Both the position numbers and the translations under genes were made by a program. The notes below the pieces were generated by a model. It saw nothing but the letters and a program-made list of their open reading frames with translations. It was not told where the DNA came from and searched no databases. Source: Acidimicrobiia bacterium (GTDB taxonomy: Bacteria > Actinomycetota > Acidimicrobiia > Spongiisociales > Spongiisociaceae). Taken from it: a stretch of DNA of 64,000 bases. Shown here piece by piece: positions 29,787 to 38,832 of this stretch (the first letter of the stretch is position 1; each line of letters begins with the position of its first letter). The stretch spans positions 2,833,388 through 2,897,387 of the forward strand of contig OZ246890.1 of assembly GCA_965231815.1 (NCBI GenBank). The letters are read 5' to 3'.

Positions 29787-30722
29787 ATGAGCGTGAGGTA
29801 CGCAGTTCTCTTTCCAGGCCAGGGAAGCCAGCGGGTCGGGATGGGCGCCGATCTGTTCCGTTCGCGCCCCGATCTTCTGATCGAAGCCGCGGATCGAGTG
29901 CTGGGGTGGTCGCTCCGAGAAGTGTGCCTTGAAGGACCCGAGGACCGTCTGACCGCCACCGAACACGCTCAACCGGCTCTCTACGCCCTCTCTTATGCCC
30001 TATGGAAGGAACTGGCTGAACGGGCAGGGCGCCTTCCCGCTGCGGCTGCGGGGCATTCGCTCGGCGAGTACACGGCTCTGGCAGCTGCCGGTGCGGTGTC
30101 ATTCGAGGACGGATTGGAACTAGTGGCGGCCCGAGCCCGGGCGATGGCGGAGGCCGTTCAGGAGGAGCCATCCGGCATGGCCGCGGTGTTGGGGGCGACC
30201 GCAGAACATGTCGAGCGGATAGCGGCCGACCGCCGGTCGCGGGGCGGACGGTTATGGATTGCCAATCGAAACGCACCGGGACAGATCGTTCTCTCCGGGA
30301 GTTCGGAGGACATTGATTGGGTGGTTGCAAACGGACGCCGGCTGCGTCTCCGGCGGGTGGTGAAGCTCAACGTAGCCGGGGCGTTCCACTGCCCTTTGAT
30401 GGAGTCGGCCCTACCAGGCCTGCAAGACGCATTGGATTCGGTGCGGATAGGAGCTTCTGTCTTTCCTGTGTGGTCCAACGTGACCGCTAGTCCCCACATT
30501 GCGGGTGAGGAAAGCCGGATGCTTGCCCGCCAGCTGATCGCACCCGTTCGTTTCTCTGCCTCGCTACGGTCTATGGCCGCATCGGGAGTGGAAACGTTCG
30601 TTCATATCGGGCCGGGCGATGTCACGGCAGGGATGGCCAGGCGAACGGTCAAAGGATCGAGAACCCTGGCTGTCTCGTCCGTCGCGCAAGCGGAAAAGAC
30701 TGCCGGCGATCTCGTCGTCTAG
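29787..30722 (+). CDS. fabD: ACP S-malonyltransferase
   Basis: LFPGQGSQ...GHSLGEYTALAAAG active-site Ser motif. Start set at the internal ATG (MSVRYAVLFPGQGSQ). Confidence 0.85.
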   Translation: MSVRYAVLFPGQGSQRVGMGADLFRSRPDLLIEAADRVLGWSLREVCLEGPEDRLTATEHAQPALYALSYALWKELAERAGRLPAAAAGHSLGEYTALAAAGAVSFEDGLELVAARARAMAEAVQEEPSGMAAVLGATAEHVERIAADRRSRGGRLWIANRNAPGQIVLSGSSEDIDWVVANGRRLRLRRVVKLNVAGAFHCPLMESALPGLQDALDSVRIGASVFPVWSNVTASPHIAGEESRMLARQLIAPVRFSASLRSMAASGVETFVHIGPGDVTAGMARRTVKGSRTLAVSSVAQAEKTAGDLVV

Positions 30723-30935
30723 CCTCGATTATTCATGGATGGGGCTTTGGAGGATGAGTGGAGCAGATGCCGTAAAAGTGCCCTGAACAGGCAATATATC
30801 TGTCCGGGGCGTTTCCCGTCCCGGTCTGGTGTGGGGAGATTCATCTGCCGGGTGAACAGTGGGATTCTCCTGATTACCGGGGTTGAATCGGCGTTATGTG
30901 CCTCGATGTGTGGGAAACCCGAACGATCAGGCTAA
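30719..30935 (+). mobile_element. full-length CTAG-terminated MITE-like element (family R1) in the fabD-fabH intergenic region
   Basis: 5' CTAGCCTCGATTATTCATGG and a degenerate 3' inverted repeat (CCCGAACGATCAGGCTAA). ~70-85% nt identity to the 45121-45330 copy across ~215 bp. Confidence 0.5.
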
Positions 30936-31121
30936 AAGTGGTGGACTTCCATTGGGAGGGGTTCACCTCCCGGAATACAATAGGAAAGCTTCTTGATACA
31001 ACGAGGGCCGGCTTAACCTAGCCGGTAGGCTGCGAGCCGCCATTTGAAGAGACGGTTTCGGTCCGAACAGGACACAGTCATGAGTTGGGCTAGATTCCCG
31101 TGAAAGAAGGACTGGGACCAT

Positions 31122-32201
31122 ATGCTGCGGTACGCGGAAATTACCGGATGGGGCAAGGCGCTGCCTCCGACTGTGCTCTCCAACTCCGATCTTGAACAGA
31201 TAGTCGATACCAGCGACGATTGGATTACCAGCCGAAGCGGGATCAAGGAGCGGCGTATTTCTCATGTGCCGGCCTCCGATCTAGGCGCTCTGGCTGCTCG
31301 TCGGGCTGCGGCGGCGGCCGGGATCGGCGTTGGGGATATAGATCTGATCCTAAATGCGACCTGTACTCCCGAGTCCATCATTCCTGCTTCGGCCTCCTAC
31401 ATACAAGCGAAGCTCGGGGCGAGTCGTTCCGGCGCTGTGGATGTCAATGCCAACTGCTCGGGGTTTGTTTACGGGTACGTAATGGCCGATTCGATAGTTC
31501 GTTCCGGGGCAGCTCGAACGGTAGTGCTGGTAGGAGTGGAGCGTCTCAGTTGGTTGGTTGACTATACCGACCGAAGTACTTGCATACTGTTCGGTGACGG
31601 CGCGGGAGCAGTGGTGATCCAGGCGACGAGCGAACCTGCCGGAGTGCTCGCCTCGGAGCTAGGGGTTGACGGAACGATGGCCGACATACTGTGCGTCCCG
31701 AACGATGGAACTATCGAACCCGGCTCGGCGAGTCCTCGAACCCGGTTGGTCATGCAAGGTTCAGACGTGTTTCGTCGGGCGGTCACGGCGATGGCCGATG
31801 CGTCCGAAAGCGTGGTGAAGCAGGCCGGGTGGGAACTTGATGACATCGACCTCCTGGTACCACACCAGGCCAACCAGCGAATAATCGACGCTACGGCGAG
31901 ACGACTCAAGCTGGATCAATCGCGGGTGTTTCTCAACATCCATGCATACGGCAACACAAGCGCCGCGACCATCCCGATCGCTCTGACCGAAGCCATCGAA
32001 GCGAGAAGGGTGCCCTCCCGCGGGAACCTGGTGTTCGCGGCATTCGGGGGAGGGCTTACCTGGGCGGCTGCCGCGGTGCGGTTCGGAGAACGCGTCGAAC
32101 CTGTCGAAATGATCGAGGATGAGCTCCCCGGAACCGACCGTACCGTGTGGGAGTTGATCCAGCCGAACTTCGACTATTACGGTCGGCTGGATAGGCGATG
32201 A
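31122..32201 (+). CDS. fabH: beta-ketoacyl-ACP synthase III
   Basis: Catalytic Cys (ANCSGFVYG) and His/Asn region (LVPHQANQRI...GNTSAAT); 359 aa. Confidence 0.85.
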   Translation: MLRYAEITGWGKALPPTVLSNSDLEQIVDTSDDWITSRSGIKERRISHVPASDLGALAARRAAAAAGIGVGDIDLILNATCTPESIIPASASYIQAKLGASRSGAVDVNANCSGFVYGYVMADSIVRSGAARTVVLVGVERLSWLVDYTDRSTCILFGDGAGAVVIQATSEPAGVLASELGVDGTMADILCVPNDGTIEPGSASPRTRLVMQGSDVFRRAVTAMADASESVVKQAGWELDDIDLLVPHQANQRIIDATARRLKLDQSRVFLNIHAYGNTSAATIPIALTEAIEARRVPSRGNLVFAAFGGGLTWAAAAVRFGERVEPVEMIEDELPGTDRTVWELIQPNFDYYGRLDRR

Positions 32202-32932
32202 GCCGGGTAGCTCTTGTTACCGGAGGGTCCCGCGGTATCGGCAGGGCCGTCTCTCTCAGACTTGCCGCCAAGGGTCACGCGGTGGCTGTCAACTACCGGG
32301 CCCGAGACGAGTCGGCAATGCGGTTGGTCAAGACAATCGAGGCGTCGAACGGGGTGGCGGCGCCGTTCAAAGCGGATGTGAGTCGTCCGGACGAGGTCGA
32401 CAGACTGTTCGCCTTGATCGAGGAGAGGCTGGGCCGTCCCGAAATACTGGTCAACAACGCCGGAGTTACCTCCGATAGCCTGCTGGTTAGGCTGGACGAG
32501 GAGCGCTGGGACAGGGTGATGGACATCAACCTGAAGTCGGTCTACCTATGCAGCAAAGCGGTTCTTCGGGGCATGCTGCGAGCGCGGTGGGGGAGGATCG
32601 TATCCTTGGCTTCTGTCGCAGGAATATCAGGGAATCCCGGCCAGACCAATTACGCAGCCTCGAAGGCCGGTGTGATAGCGTTTTCCAAGTCGCTGTCGAA
32701 AGAGGTGGGTTCCAGGGGTATTACGGTTAACGTAGTCGCGCCCGGTTTCATTGACACCGAACTCACCGCCGGGTTACATAAGCGGGTCGTTGACCAGGTA
32801 CTCTCAGGCACCAGCCTCCGACGGTTAGGTAGACCGGACGAGGTTGCTTCGGCTGTCGGGTATCTAGCCTCTGATGAAGCGTCATACATAACGGGCCAAG
32901 TCCTCGTCGTAGACGGCGGACTCGCCCTGTGA
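32198..32932 (+). CDS. fabG: 3-oxoacyl-ACP reductase
   Basis: SDR with TGGSRGIG, NNAG, YAASKAG motifs. Sits between fabH and acpP; overlaps the fabH stop (ATGA). Confidence 0.8.
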   Translation: MSRVALVTGGSRGIGRAVSLRLAAKGHAVAVNYRARDESAMRLVKTIEASNGVAAPFKADVSRPDEVDRLFALIEERLGRPEILVNNAGVTSDSLLVRLDEERWDRVMDINLKSVYLCSKAVLRGMLRARWGRIVSLASVAGISGNPGQTNYAASKAGVIAFSKSLSKEVGSRGITVNVVAPGFIDTELTAGLHKRVVDQVLSGTSLRRLGRPDEVASAVGYLASDEASYITGQVLVVDGGLAL

Positions 32933-32974
32933 CTGATAAACCACTCTAAGCAATCACACTAAGGAGACAGCAAG

Positions 32975-33217
32975 ATGGATCGCTCGCAAGTCCAGTCCAA
33001 GATGCAGGATCTGCTCGTGGACGAGCTCGGTTTGGACGCCTCGAAGATCAACGATTCGGCAACCTTTGAAGAGGATCTCGAAGTGGACTCCTTGGGGGTC
33101 GTTGAACTTCTGATGGCGCTTGAGGACGAATTCGGGGTGCGTATTCCCGATGAGGAAGCCGAAAACATCACCTCGGTGGGCGAGGCGGTCAATCTAGTGA
33201 TCGCCAAGCTGGGCTAG
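32975..33217 (+). CDS. acpP: acyl carrier protein
   Basis: 80 aa with the phosphopantetheine attachment motif LEVDSLGVVELLMALEDEFG. Confidence 0.85.
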   Translation: MDRSQVQSKMQDLLVDELGLDASKINDSATFEEDLEVDSLGVVELLMALEDEFGVRIPDEEAENITSVGEAVNLVIAKLG

Positions 33218-33239
33218 CCGGTAACTCGAGATCGTATTC

Positions 33240-34499
33240 ATGCGTCCCGAGGCCCGGCGGGTGGTGGTGACCGGTATCGGCGCGATAACACCACTCGGCC
33301 ATACGGTTCGTGAAACCTGGGAGGCGTTGCTAGCCGGCCGTTCCGGGATCGGACCCATAACTCAGTTCGACCCCGCCAATGTGGCCACCTCATTTGCCGG
33401 TGAGGTCCGAGGATGGGATCCGGAGTCGGTGATCATAAAGCGGGAGGCTCGCCGCCTTGATCGTTCTGCTCAGTTGTTCATCGGAGCAGCTCAGCAGGCT
33501 TTGGACGATGCCGGGCTGGACTTCGTTGAGGACGAATCCGACTCGGATCGGGCCGGAGTGATCGTCGGATCCGGTTTGGGCGGGATGCTGTCATTCGACA
33601 CTCAGCTCAAGGTAATGATCAGCCGGGGGGCGCGTCGCATCAGCCCTCTGGCCGTCACGATGATCATTCCCAATGAAGCGGCCGGAGTTGCCTCCATTCG
33701 GTTCAACATGAGAGGTCCGGTAACTTGTGTGGTGACCGCCTGCGCAGCTTCAGCCAATGCGATCGGAGACGCCGCGGAGATCATTCGAAGAGGAGCCGCT
33801 GACGTGATGCTGGCCGGGGGCGCCGAAGCGACCATCTGCGAGTTCGGTATCGGCGCCTTCAACAGGAGTCGCGCCCTTAGTACCCGCAATGACGATCCCC
33901 GGCGGGCGAGCCGTCCCTTTGATTTGAACCGGGACGGGTTCGTAATGTCTGAAGGAGGAGCTTGCGTGATTCTCGAGGACCGGAAGCGAGCCTTGGCCAG
34001 GGGAGCGCGGGTGTACGGTGAGGTGGTCGGCTACGGCATGACCTCGGACGCTTATCACGTCACCCTCCCTCGACCCGGAGGAAGCGGCGCGGCGAAGTCG
34101 ATGAAGGCCGCCTTGGAAGATGCCGGCCTCAACCCCGGACAACTGGACTACATAAACGCGCACGGTACCTCTACCAAGGCGAACGACGTTACCGAGACGA
34201 TGGCGATAAAGCATGCCCTAGGCGAAAACGCGGCCCGGTCGGTGCCGGTGTCCTCGACCAAGTCAATGACCGGTCACCTCATGGGAGGCGCCGGGGCTAT
34301 CGAGTCCATCTTTTGCCTGATGGCTATGGTATCGGGCGTCCTGCCTCCGACGATCAACTACGAAACTCCGGATCCGGAATGTGACCTCGATTACGTACCC
34401 AATGAGGCTCGTGAAGCACGGGTGGAGTATTCCATGACCAATTCCTTCGGCTTCGGCGGACATAACGTTTCCTTGATATTCGGTCCGGCCGACGCCTGA
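33240..34499 (+). CDS. fabF: beta-ketoacyl-ACP synthase II
   Basis: Active-site Cys (VVTACAASANAIG), His-His (NAHGTSTKANDVTE...KSMTGHLMGGAGA), 419 aa. Confidence 0.85.
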   Translation: MRPEARRVVVTGIGAITPLGHTVRETWEALLAGRSGIGPITQFDPANVATSFAGEVRGWDPESVIIKREARRLDRSAQLFIGAAQQALDDAGLDFVEDESDSDRAGVIVGSGLGGMLSFDTQLKVMISRGARRISPLAVTMIIPNEAAGVASIRFNMRGPVTCVVTACAASANAIGDAAEIIRRGAADVMLAGGAEATICEFGIGAFNRSRALSTRNDDPRRASRPFDLNRDGFVMSEGGACVILEDRKRALARGARVYGEVVGYGMTSDAYHVTLPRPGGSGAAKSMKAALEDAGLNPGQLDYINAHGTSTKANDVTETMAIKHALGENAARSVPVSSTKSMTGHLMGGAGAIESIFCLMAMVSGVLPPTINYETPDPECDLDYVPNEAREARVEYSMTNSFGFGGHNVSLIFGPADA

Positions 34500-34831
34500 T
34501 CGGGCAAACCCCTCCCGGTGTCGTGAATCGTTGTTTCGCTTGTGTTTGGGAGACCGCGAAATCTTTGTGGCGGGCGCGACCCGACATCCGGGGAAATCTG
34601 TCACACCCGGTCTGCATACTGGTGGGTAACCGCAAGCACCGACGGTTGGGTCAGGTACCGACCGGACCGGGGTTGGGATCATCTTGCTTGTTTCTTCTGC
34701 CTTGCCTCTGTTTGGCCAGGCGAGGGGTTAGCGGGACGCGTTTCGACGCCGAGGAGGCGGCGGCCGGGGGTGGGTCCCACTTGAGAGTGGTCCCATCCGG
34801 GTAGTTCGGTTTTCGCGGTCTTAACCCGGGT

Positions 34832-34950
34832 CTGTGCCGGAAGGCTGAGAAACCCCGTACAAAGGGGTTCAGACACTAGCCTGCAACTCTCTGACCAGGC
34901 GGTTTGCCTACCACCTACCCCGTGAGATTCGTTTTTCAGGACCCTCCTAG
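34832..34950. repeat. ~118-nt structured repeat, copy A (family R2, MITE-like or small-RNA-like)
   Basis: ~85% identical to 37835-37952. Contains a conserved hairpin (AACCCCGTACAAAGGGGTT), a second conserved block (CAACTCTCTGACCAGGCGGTTT), and a closing stem ending ...CCTCCTAG. Confidence 0.5.
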
Positions 34951-35206
34951 CTGTCTTCGTCGGAGGCTGAAGCTGTCCTGCCTTCCGGGTTCCGGGCCGT
35001 GACTACGGTGATAATCAGTCCGGTTACCGAGACGAGCATGCACACCCCCGGCAGGACTACCGCTAATAGTGGGATCCGTCCGAGTAGCGCCCCGAGACCC
35101 AGGGCCATGATGCTTAGCATCAGGGATAAGGCGCCGCCCACCACCAACGTGACCAACCCGAGATCGGCCCAGGCTCGGTTCCCGCCAATCCTGCCGCTCA
35201 AGCCGC

Positions 35207-35548
35207 TCAATCCTGCGCCGCGGTACCGTCCGCCGGCCCGGGTTTGGCGGTGTCTTCTCTATCGGATGCCCGCCATTCGTTCCATTCGCGCAAGGATCGA
35301 TCGGCTAGAACCACCACGATTCCTACTCCTGCCGAGGCAACCAGTGCGGCCAGGAATCCGACGACCACGCTGGTCAACCAACTGCATGTGGCACCGGTAC
35401 AACCCACCTCGGTCACCGTCCAGCCGATGAATCCGCCGATCGCCCCGGCTAGCAGAACCGGCAAGGCGAAGGTGTATCGAATCCGGGCCACGTCAGTCCT
35501 CCCTCCGCACGGGACGCCCCGTCCTGTCGTAGCCCACGGCTTCCACAA
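35207..35548 (-). CDS. small membrane protein (2 TM), function unknown
   Basis: ORF with two hydrophobic helices, located between the R2 repeat copy and a larger membrane-protein gene; true start uncertain. Confidence 0.35.
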   Translation of the reverse strand: MWKPWATTGRGVPCGGRTDVARIRYTFALPVLLAGAIGGFIGWTVTEVGCTGATCSWLTSVVVGFLAALVASAGVGIVVVLADRSLREWNEWRASDREDTAKPGPADGTAAQD

Positions 35549-36254
35549 GCCCTGGCGGTGCCAGCTCCGGGTGGACCGTTATCGTTTCGACCCGCCGGGG
35601 AACCGGGCGCATGACCGCGCGGCGGGCGTCGGTGGTCCAAGCCAGGAAAGTGAGAGCCAAGATCACGGCCAGCATACCCAACACCTGTGGAGCCCGCAGA
35701 CCTACCGTCGAGATGGCGCCCAGGAAAGGCAGCAGGAGGCGGATCATCCAGATGGCGCCGGGCACAGCCCGGGAGTAGGCCCAACCCCCGGCAAGTCCGA
35801 AACCGGCTATCACCCACCCGGTGGAGGGCATATCGGGTATCGCGAAGGCTGCCACGAAACCGGGCAGCCACAACAGCCCGAGAGCGAGAATGGTTGCCCG
35901 GGCCGGAACACGATCGGGCTTGGCCTGGTGAAACCATCCGTCCAGCGGCCTCGCCCATGCTGTTCCTACCCCTCCGGCGTGGGCCAGCATGGCGGCAACC
36001 CAGAAAGGATCGATCGATAGAGCAGCGGCCGCTAATGCCCAGAAAGCAGCCAGGGCGGCGATCGAGTTACGTACCCACCGACCGGGAGAGAGAAGCATCG
36101 CGACCAGGTTTACAGCGTTGGCCAGGAGCAGGGATACCGCTAGGAGCGACGCTACCCGCGGTTCCCACGGGGTCGATCCGAAAACGAGCCGACCTGCCCA
36201 GAGCGAGGCGCCTAGAAGCATGAGGGCTGCCGAGACCGAGGCGATACGGAACAT
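35493..36254 (-). CDS. polytopic integral membrane protein, function unknown
   Basis: ~7 hydrophobic segments. Start set at an internal Met (MFRIASVSAALML) to avoid overlap with the divergent NUDIX gene; the longer ORF extends to 36332. Confidence 0.45.
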   Translation of the reverse strand: MFRIASVSAALMLLGASLWAGRLVFGSTPWEPRVASLLAVSLLLANAVNLVAMLLSPGRWVRNSIAALAAFWALAAAALSIDPFWVAAMLAHAGGVGTAWARPLDGWFHQAKPDRVPARATILALGLLWLPGFVAAFAIPDMPSTGWVIAGFGLAGGWAYSRAVPGAIWMIRLLLPFLGAISTVGLRAPQVLGMLAVILALTFLAWTTDARRAVMRPVPRRVETITVHPELAPPGLVEAVGYDRTGRPVRRED

Positions 36255-36312
36255 CTCTCCATTGTGGCGCGTGTGAGGTGACATGTGAAGCCACCGTCTA
36301 CCCTTTCGGATA

Positions 36313-36849
36313 GTGAAGTCGGCGAGCGACATTTCATGGCCCGGTGAGGCTGTCTTCTGTTCGGCTTGCGGTACCCGTCTTGAGCGTGCGTACCTGCACT
36401 CGCGGGAGCGGGGAGTATGCCCGGAGTGTGGCCGGATCGACTTCCGTTCGCCCTCCGTGGCGGTGGCGGTGGTGCTACGCGACGATGCAGGCCGTGTCCT
36501 GATGGTGAAGCGAGGGCCGGGTTCGTCGCGGCCCGGTCGGTGGTCGATTCCCGCCGGGTATATGGATTATGGCGAGGAAATCAGGGAGGCAGGCGCCCGA
36601 GAAGTCCTTGAGGAGACGGGCTTGGTGGTCGAAGTGGGGGCGCCGATCTTCGTTGCTACCAATTTCCACGACCCGCTCAAAGTGAGCGTGTGTGTCTGGT
36701 TCGCGGGATGTGTGGTGGGTGGCCGGCCCGCCGCCGGGTCGGATGCGGTCGACTTGGGATGGTTCGCTCTCGATTCCTTGCCCGACCTCGCTTTCGAAAC
36801 CGACACCGAACTGTGTCGGCTCTTGCGATCCGATGACCTTTCCGGTTAG
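36313..36849 (+). CDS. NUDIX hydrolase with N-terminal zinc-ribbon
   Basis: CxxC...CxxC (CSACGTRL...CPECG), then the Nudix box GYMDYGEEIREAGAREVLEETGL. Confidence 0.8.
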   Translation: MKSASDISWPGEAVFCSACGTRLERAYLHSRERGVCPECGRIDFRSPSVAVAVVLRDDAGRVLMVKRGPGSSRPGRWSIPAGYMDYGEEIREAGAREVLEETGLVVEVGAPIFVATNFHDPLKVSVCVWFAGCVVGGRPAAGSDAVDLGWFALDSLPDLAFETDTELCRLLRSDDLSG

Positions 36850-37007
36850 AGATTTGCTTCGAAGCCGCTCGAATCGTGTCACCGGCTAGCTAGCCCGGGG
36901 CAAGAAACACAACGCAGCGGTGATAGGGGAGGGGTACGAAGCCTGCACCCTTTGGCGTCCCTTGGTCTGCGCATGAGTGACGGCAACCGCCTGCCGGACA
37001 CCCACCA

Positions 37008-37241
37008 TTGCTGTCTCTGATGGTGTATTGTAGGTGTATGGCTCGTACGAACATCGACATCGACGACGCGGCTTGCGCAGCGGTGATGCGGCGTTACCGG
37101 CTGGACACCAAGCGTGAAGCCGTGAACATGGCGTTGCGAACACTGGCCGCCGAGCCCCTCACATTGGCGGAGGCCCGCGCGATGCGTGGTTCGGGCTGGG
37201 TGGGTGATCTCGACAAGATGCGGGCCTCCCGCCAGTTGTGA
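37008..37241 (+). CDS. vapB: type II antitoxin VapB (ribbon-helix-helix-like)
   Basis: 77-aa protein (MARTNIDIDDAA...) immediately upstream of, and overlapping (ATGA), a PIN-domain gene. Confidence 0.65.
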   Translation: MLSLMVYCRCMARTNIDIDDAACAAVMRRYRLDTKREAVNMALRTLAAEPLTLAEARAMRGSGWVGDLDKMRASRQL

Positions 37242-37627
37242 TCCTCATCGATAACTCCGCCTGGGTGGAATTCTTGCGCGGGACGGGAAGCCCTGTGTGC
37301 AATTGCGTTGAGGATTTGCTGGATACTGAGATAGCCACCTGCGACGCGGTACGCATGGAGGTTCTGGCCGGTGCCCGTGATGAGCAGCACCTCCAGTCAT
37401 TGCGCCGCTTGCTGGCGCGAGCCGTAACCCTTCCGACTAGACCGTCAGACTATGAGGATGCGGCACTCCTGTACCGTTCGTGCCGCCGCGGCGGCGAGAC
37501 GGTTCGCAAACTGATCGACTGCTTGATCGCCGCAGTCGCACTGCGGAATGGCGCCTCGATCCTGCACGCCGATAGCGACTTCGACGTTATCGTCCGTCAC
37601 AGCGCTCTTGATGTGGTCAACGTCTGA
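37238..37627 (+). CDS. vapC: type II toxin VapC (PIN domain ribonuclease)
   Basis: MILIDNSAWVEFL... has the N-terminal Asp of the PIN family and further conserved acidic residues; 129 aa. Confidence 0.8.
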   Translation: MILIDNSAWVEFLRGTGSPVCNCVEDLLDTEIATCDAVRMEVLAGARDEQHLQSLRRLLARAVTLPTRPSDYEDAALLYRSCRRGGETVRKLIDCLIAAVALRNGASILHADSDFDVIVRHSALDVVNV

Positions 37628-37834
37628 AGAGGTAGAATCCCCAACGCCATCGCAGCTTCTTATTCACCCTCGACCTTGGACACGACGTACTCGACTCCGT
37701 AATCGGCGCCCGCCCACTTCGTCCATGTGTGGGACCGCACGATCATTCCGGCCCGGCGCGGATCTCCGCCGGAGTCGTGCAGGGTTCTCCCGACCACCGA
37801 CCTCGGATCATCCCCCAAGGCGACTGCGACCGTT

Positions 37835-37952
37835 CTAGGAGGGTGCTGAGAAACCCCGTACAAAGGGGTTCAGCCACTGATCCGCAACTCTCTGACCAGG
37901 CGGTTTACCGACCATCGAACCCCGTAAGATTCGTTTTTTAGCACTCTCCTAG
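37835..37952. repeat. ~118-nt structured repeat, copy B (family R2) with 13-15-bp terminal inverted repeats CTAGGAG(G/A)GTGCT
   Basis: 5' CTAGGAGGGTGCTGAG ... 3' TTAGCACTCTCCTAG. Internal hairpins are identical to copy A. Confidence 0.5.
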
Positions 37953-38254
37953 TTGGGGTCTTCGCGAACTACCCCTGACCGGGGGGTAATGGTAGTGGTC
38001 CCACGGGCCTGTCTCCTCCTCGACCGGGTTCTGTCTCCTTTTCTCAGTCGCCGCGACAGCGGCCAATGCGCCCGTACCCCAGAGCCACCGGACCGGTTGG
38101 CTTGTCAAAGTCCAGGGTCCGTGTCTTCCCTGACAGGTGAACACACGGATGTTCGCAGATGTTATCCATCGTGCCAGGACGCTTAGTGTCGCCTGGCCCG
38201 GCGTGGGCGAACTCGCCCGCTTCTTCGGCGGCGGCCCGGGCCAGTCCCGGACGC

Positions 38255-38584
38255 TCAGGTAAGGTAGAATACCCCTTCATCGCTCCTACCGAAAGCGAGT
38301 AGCTGCTCGTAAGCCCTACGCAAAGCGGATTCGATCATTTCCGTTGGCGCATTTCTGATTCGGACGCTAATCAGCTTAGGTGGCCACCCGCGCTGTTCGC
38401 TCAGATCGATATAGTCCCTGTCCTTGCTGGTAACGATGTAGTCATAATGCTTGGCGTATTCCCAGACCGACCGATCATCTGTGCTTTTACGCCCAATGTC
38501 AAAGACGTGAGTGGATCCAGGGTATATATCTGCCAGCATGCCAGGCAACTTGTCGGAGAGCATCTCGTCGAACAGCAGTTTCAC
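38255..38584 (-). CDS. DUF5615 family PIN-like putative toxin
   Basis: VKLLFDEMLSDKL matches the DUF5615 N-terminus (MRFLLDENLS). GTG start forms a GTGA overlap with the upstream DUF433 stop; an alternative ATG start lies at 38638. Confidence 0.6.
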   Translation of the reverse strand: MKLLFDEMLSDKLPGMLADIYPGSTHVFDIGRKSTDDRSVWEYAKHYDYIVTSKDRDYIDLSEQRGWPPKLISVRIRNAPTEMIESALRRAYEQLLAFGRSDEGVFYLT

Positions 38585-38832
38585 GGGTTCGGGGGTCTCC
38601 TGGGAACCATTTGCTCGTCTGTTACGTAGTCGTAGCACGCGAGTAGGTCCTCTTCGGTCAAACGGGGGAACTCATCAAGCAATTCCCCGTGTGTCATGCC
38701 GCCAGCCAGGTACTCGAACACATCGAACACTGTGATGCGCGTGTCGCGGATGCAGGGCTTGCCGAACCTGCGATCCGGGTCGATGGTGATGATGTCAGCG
38801 TGCTTCACTACTTTATACATGCCCAGTCCCAT
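38581..38832 (-). CDS. DUF433 family putative antitoxin
   Basis: 83 aa. DPDRRFGKPCIRDTRITVFDVFEY is typical of DUF433, which is usually paired with DUF5615. Confidence 0.6.
   Translation of the reverse strand: MGLGMYKVVKHADIITIDPDRRFGKPCIRDTRITVFDVFEYLAGGMTHGELLDEFPRLTEEDLLACYDYVTDEQMVPRRPPNP

Noticed and set aside
34832-34950. R2 repeat as a known housekeeping RNA (SRP 4.5S RNA, 6S RNA, tmRNA fragment)
   Set aside because: It lacks the SRP domain IV motif (GGAAGG…AGCAGC with GNRA loop) and 6S/tmRNA features. It also occurs twice within 3 kb, which is atypical for single-copy housekeeping RNAs.
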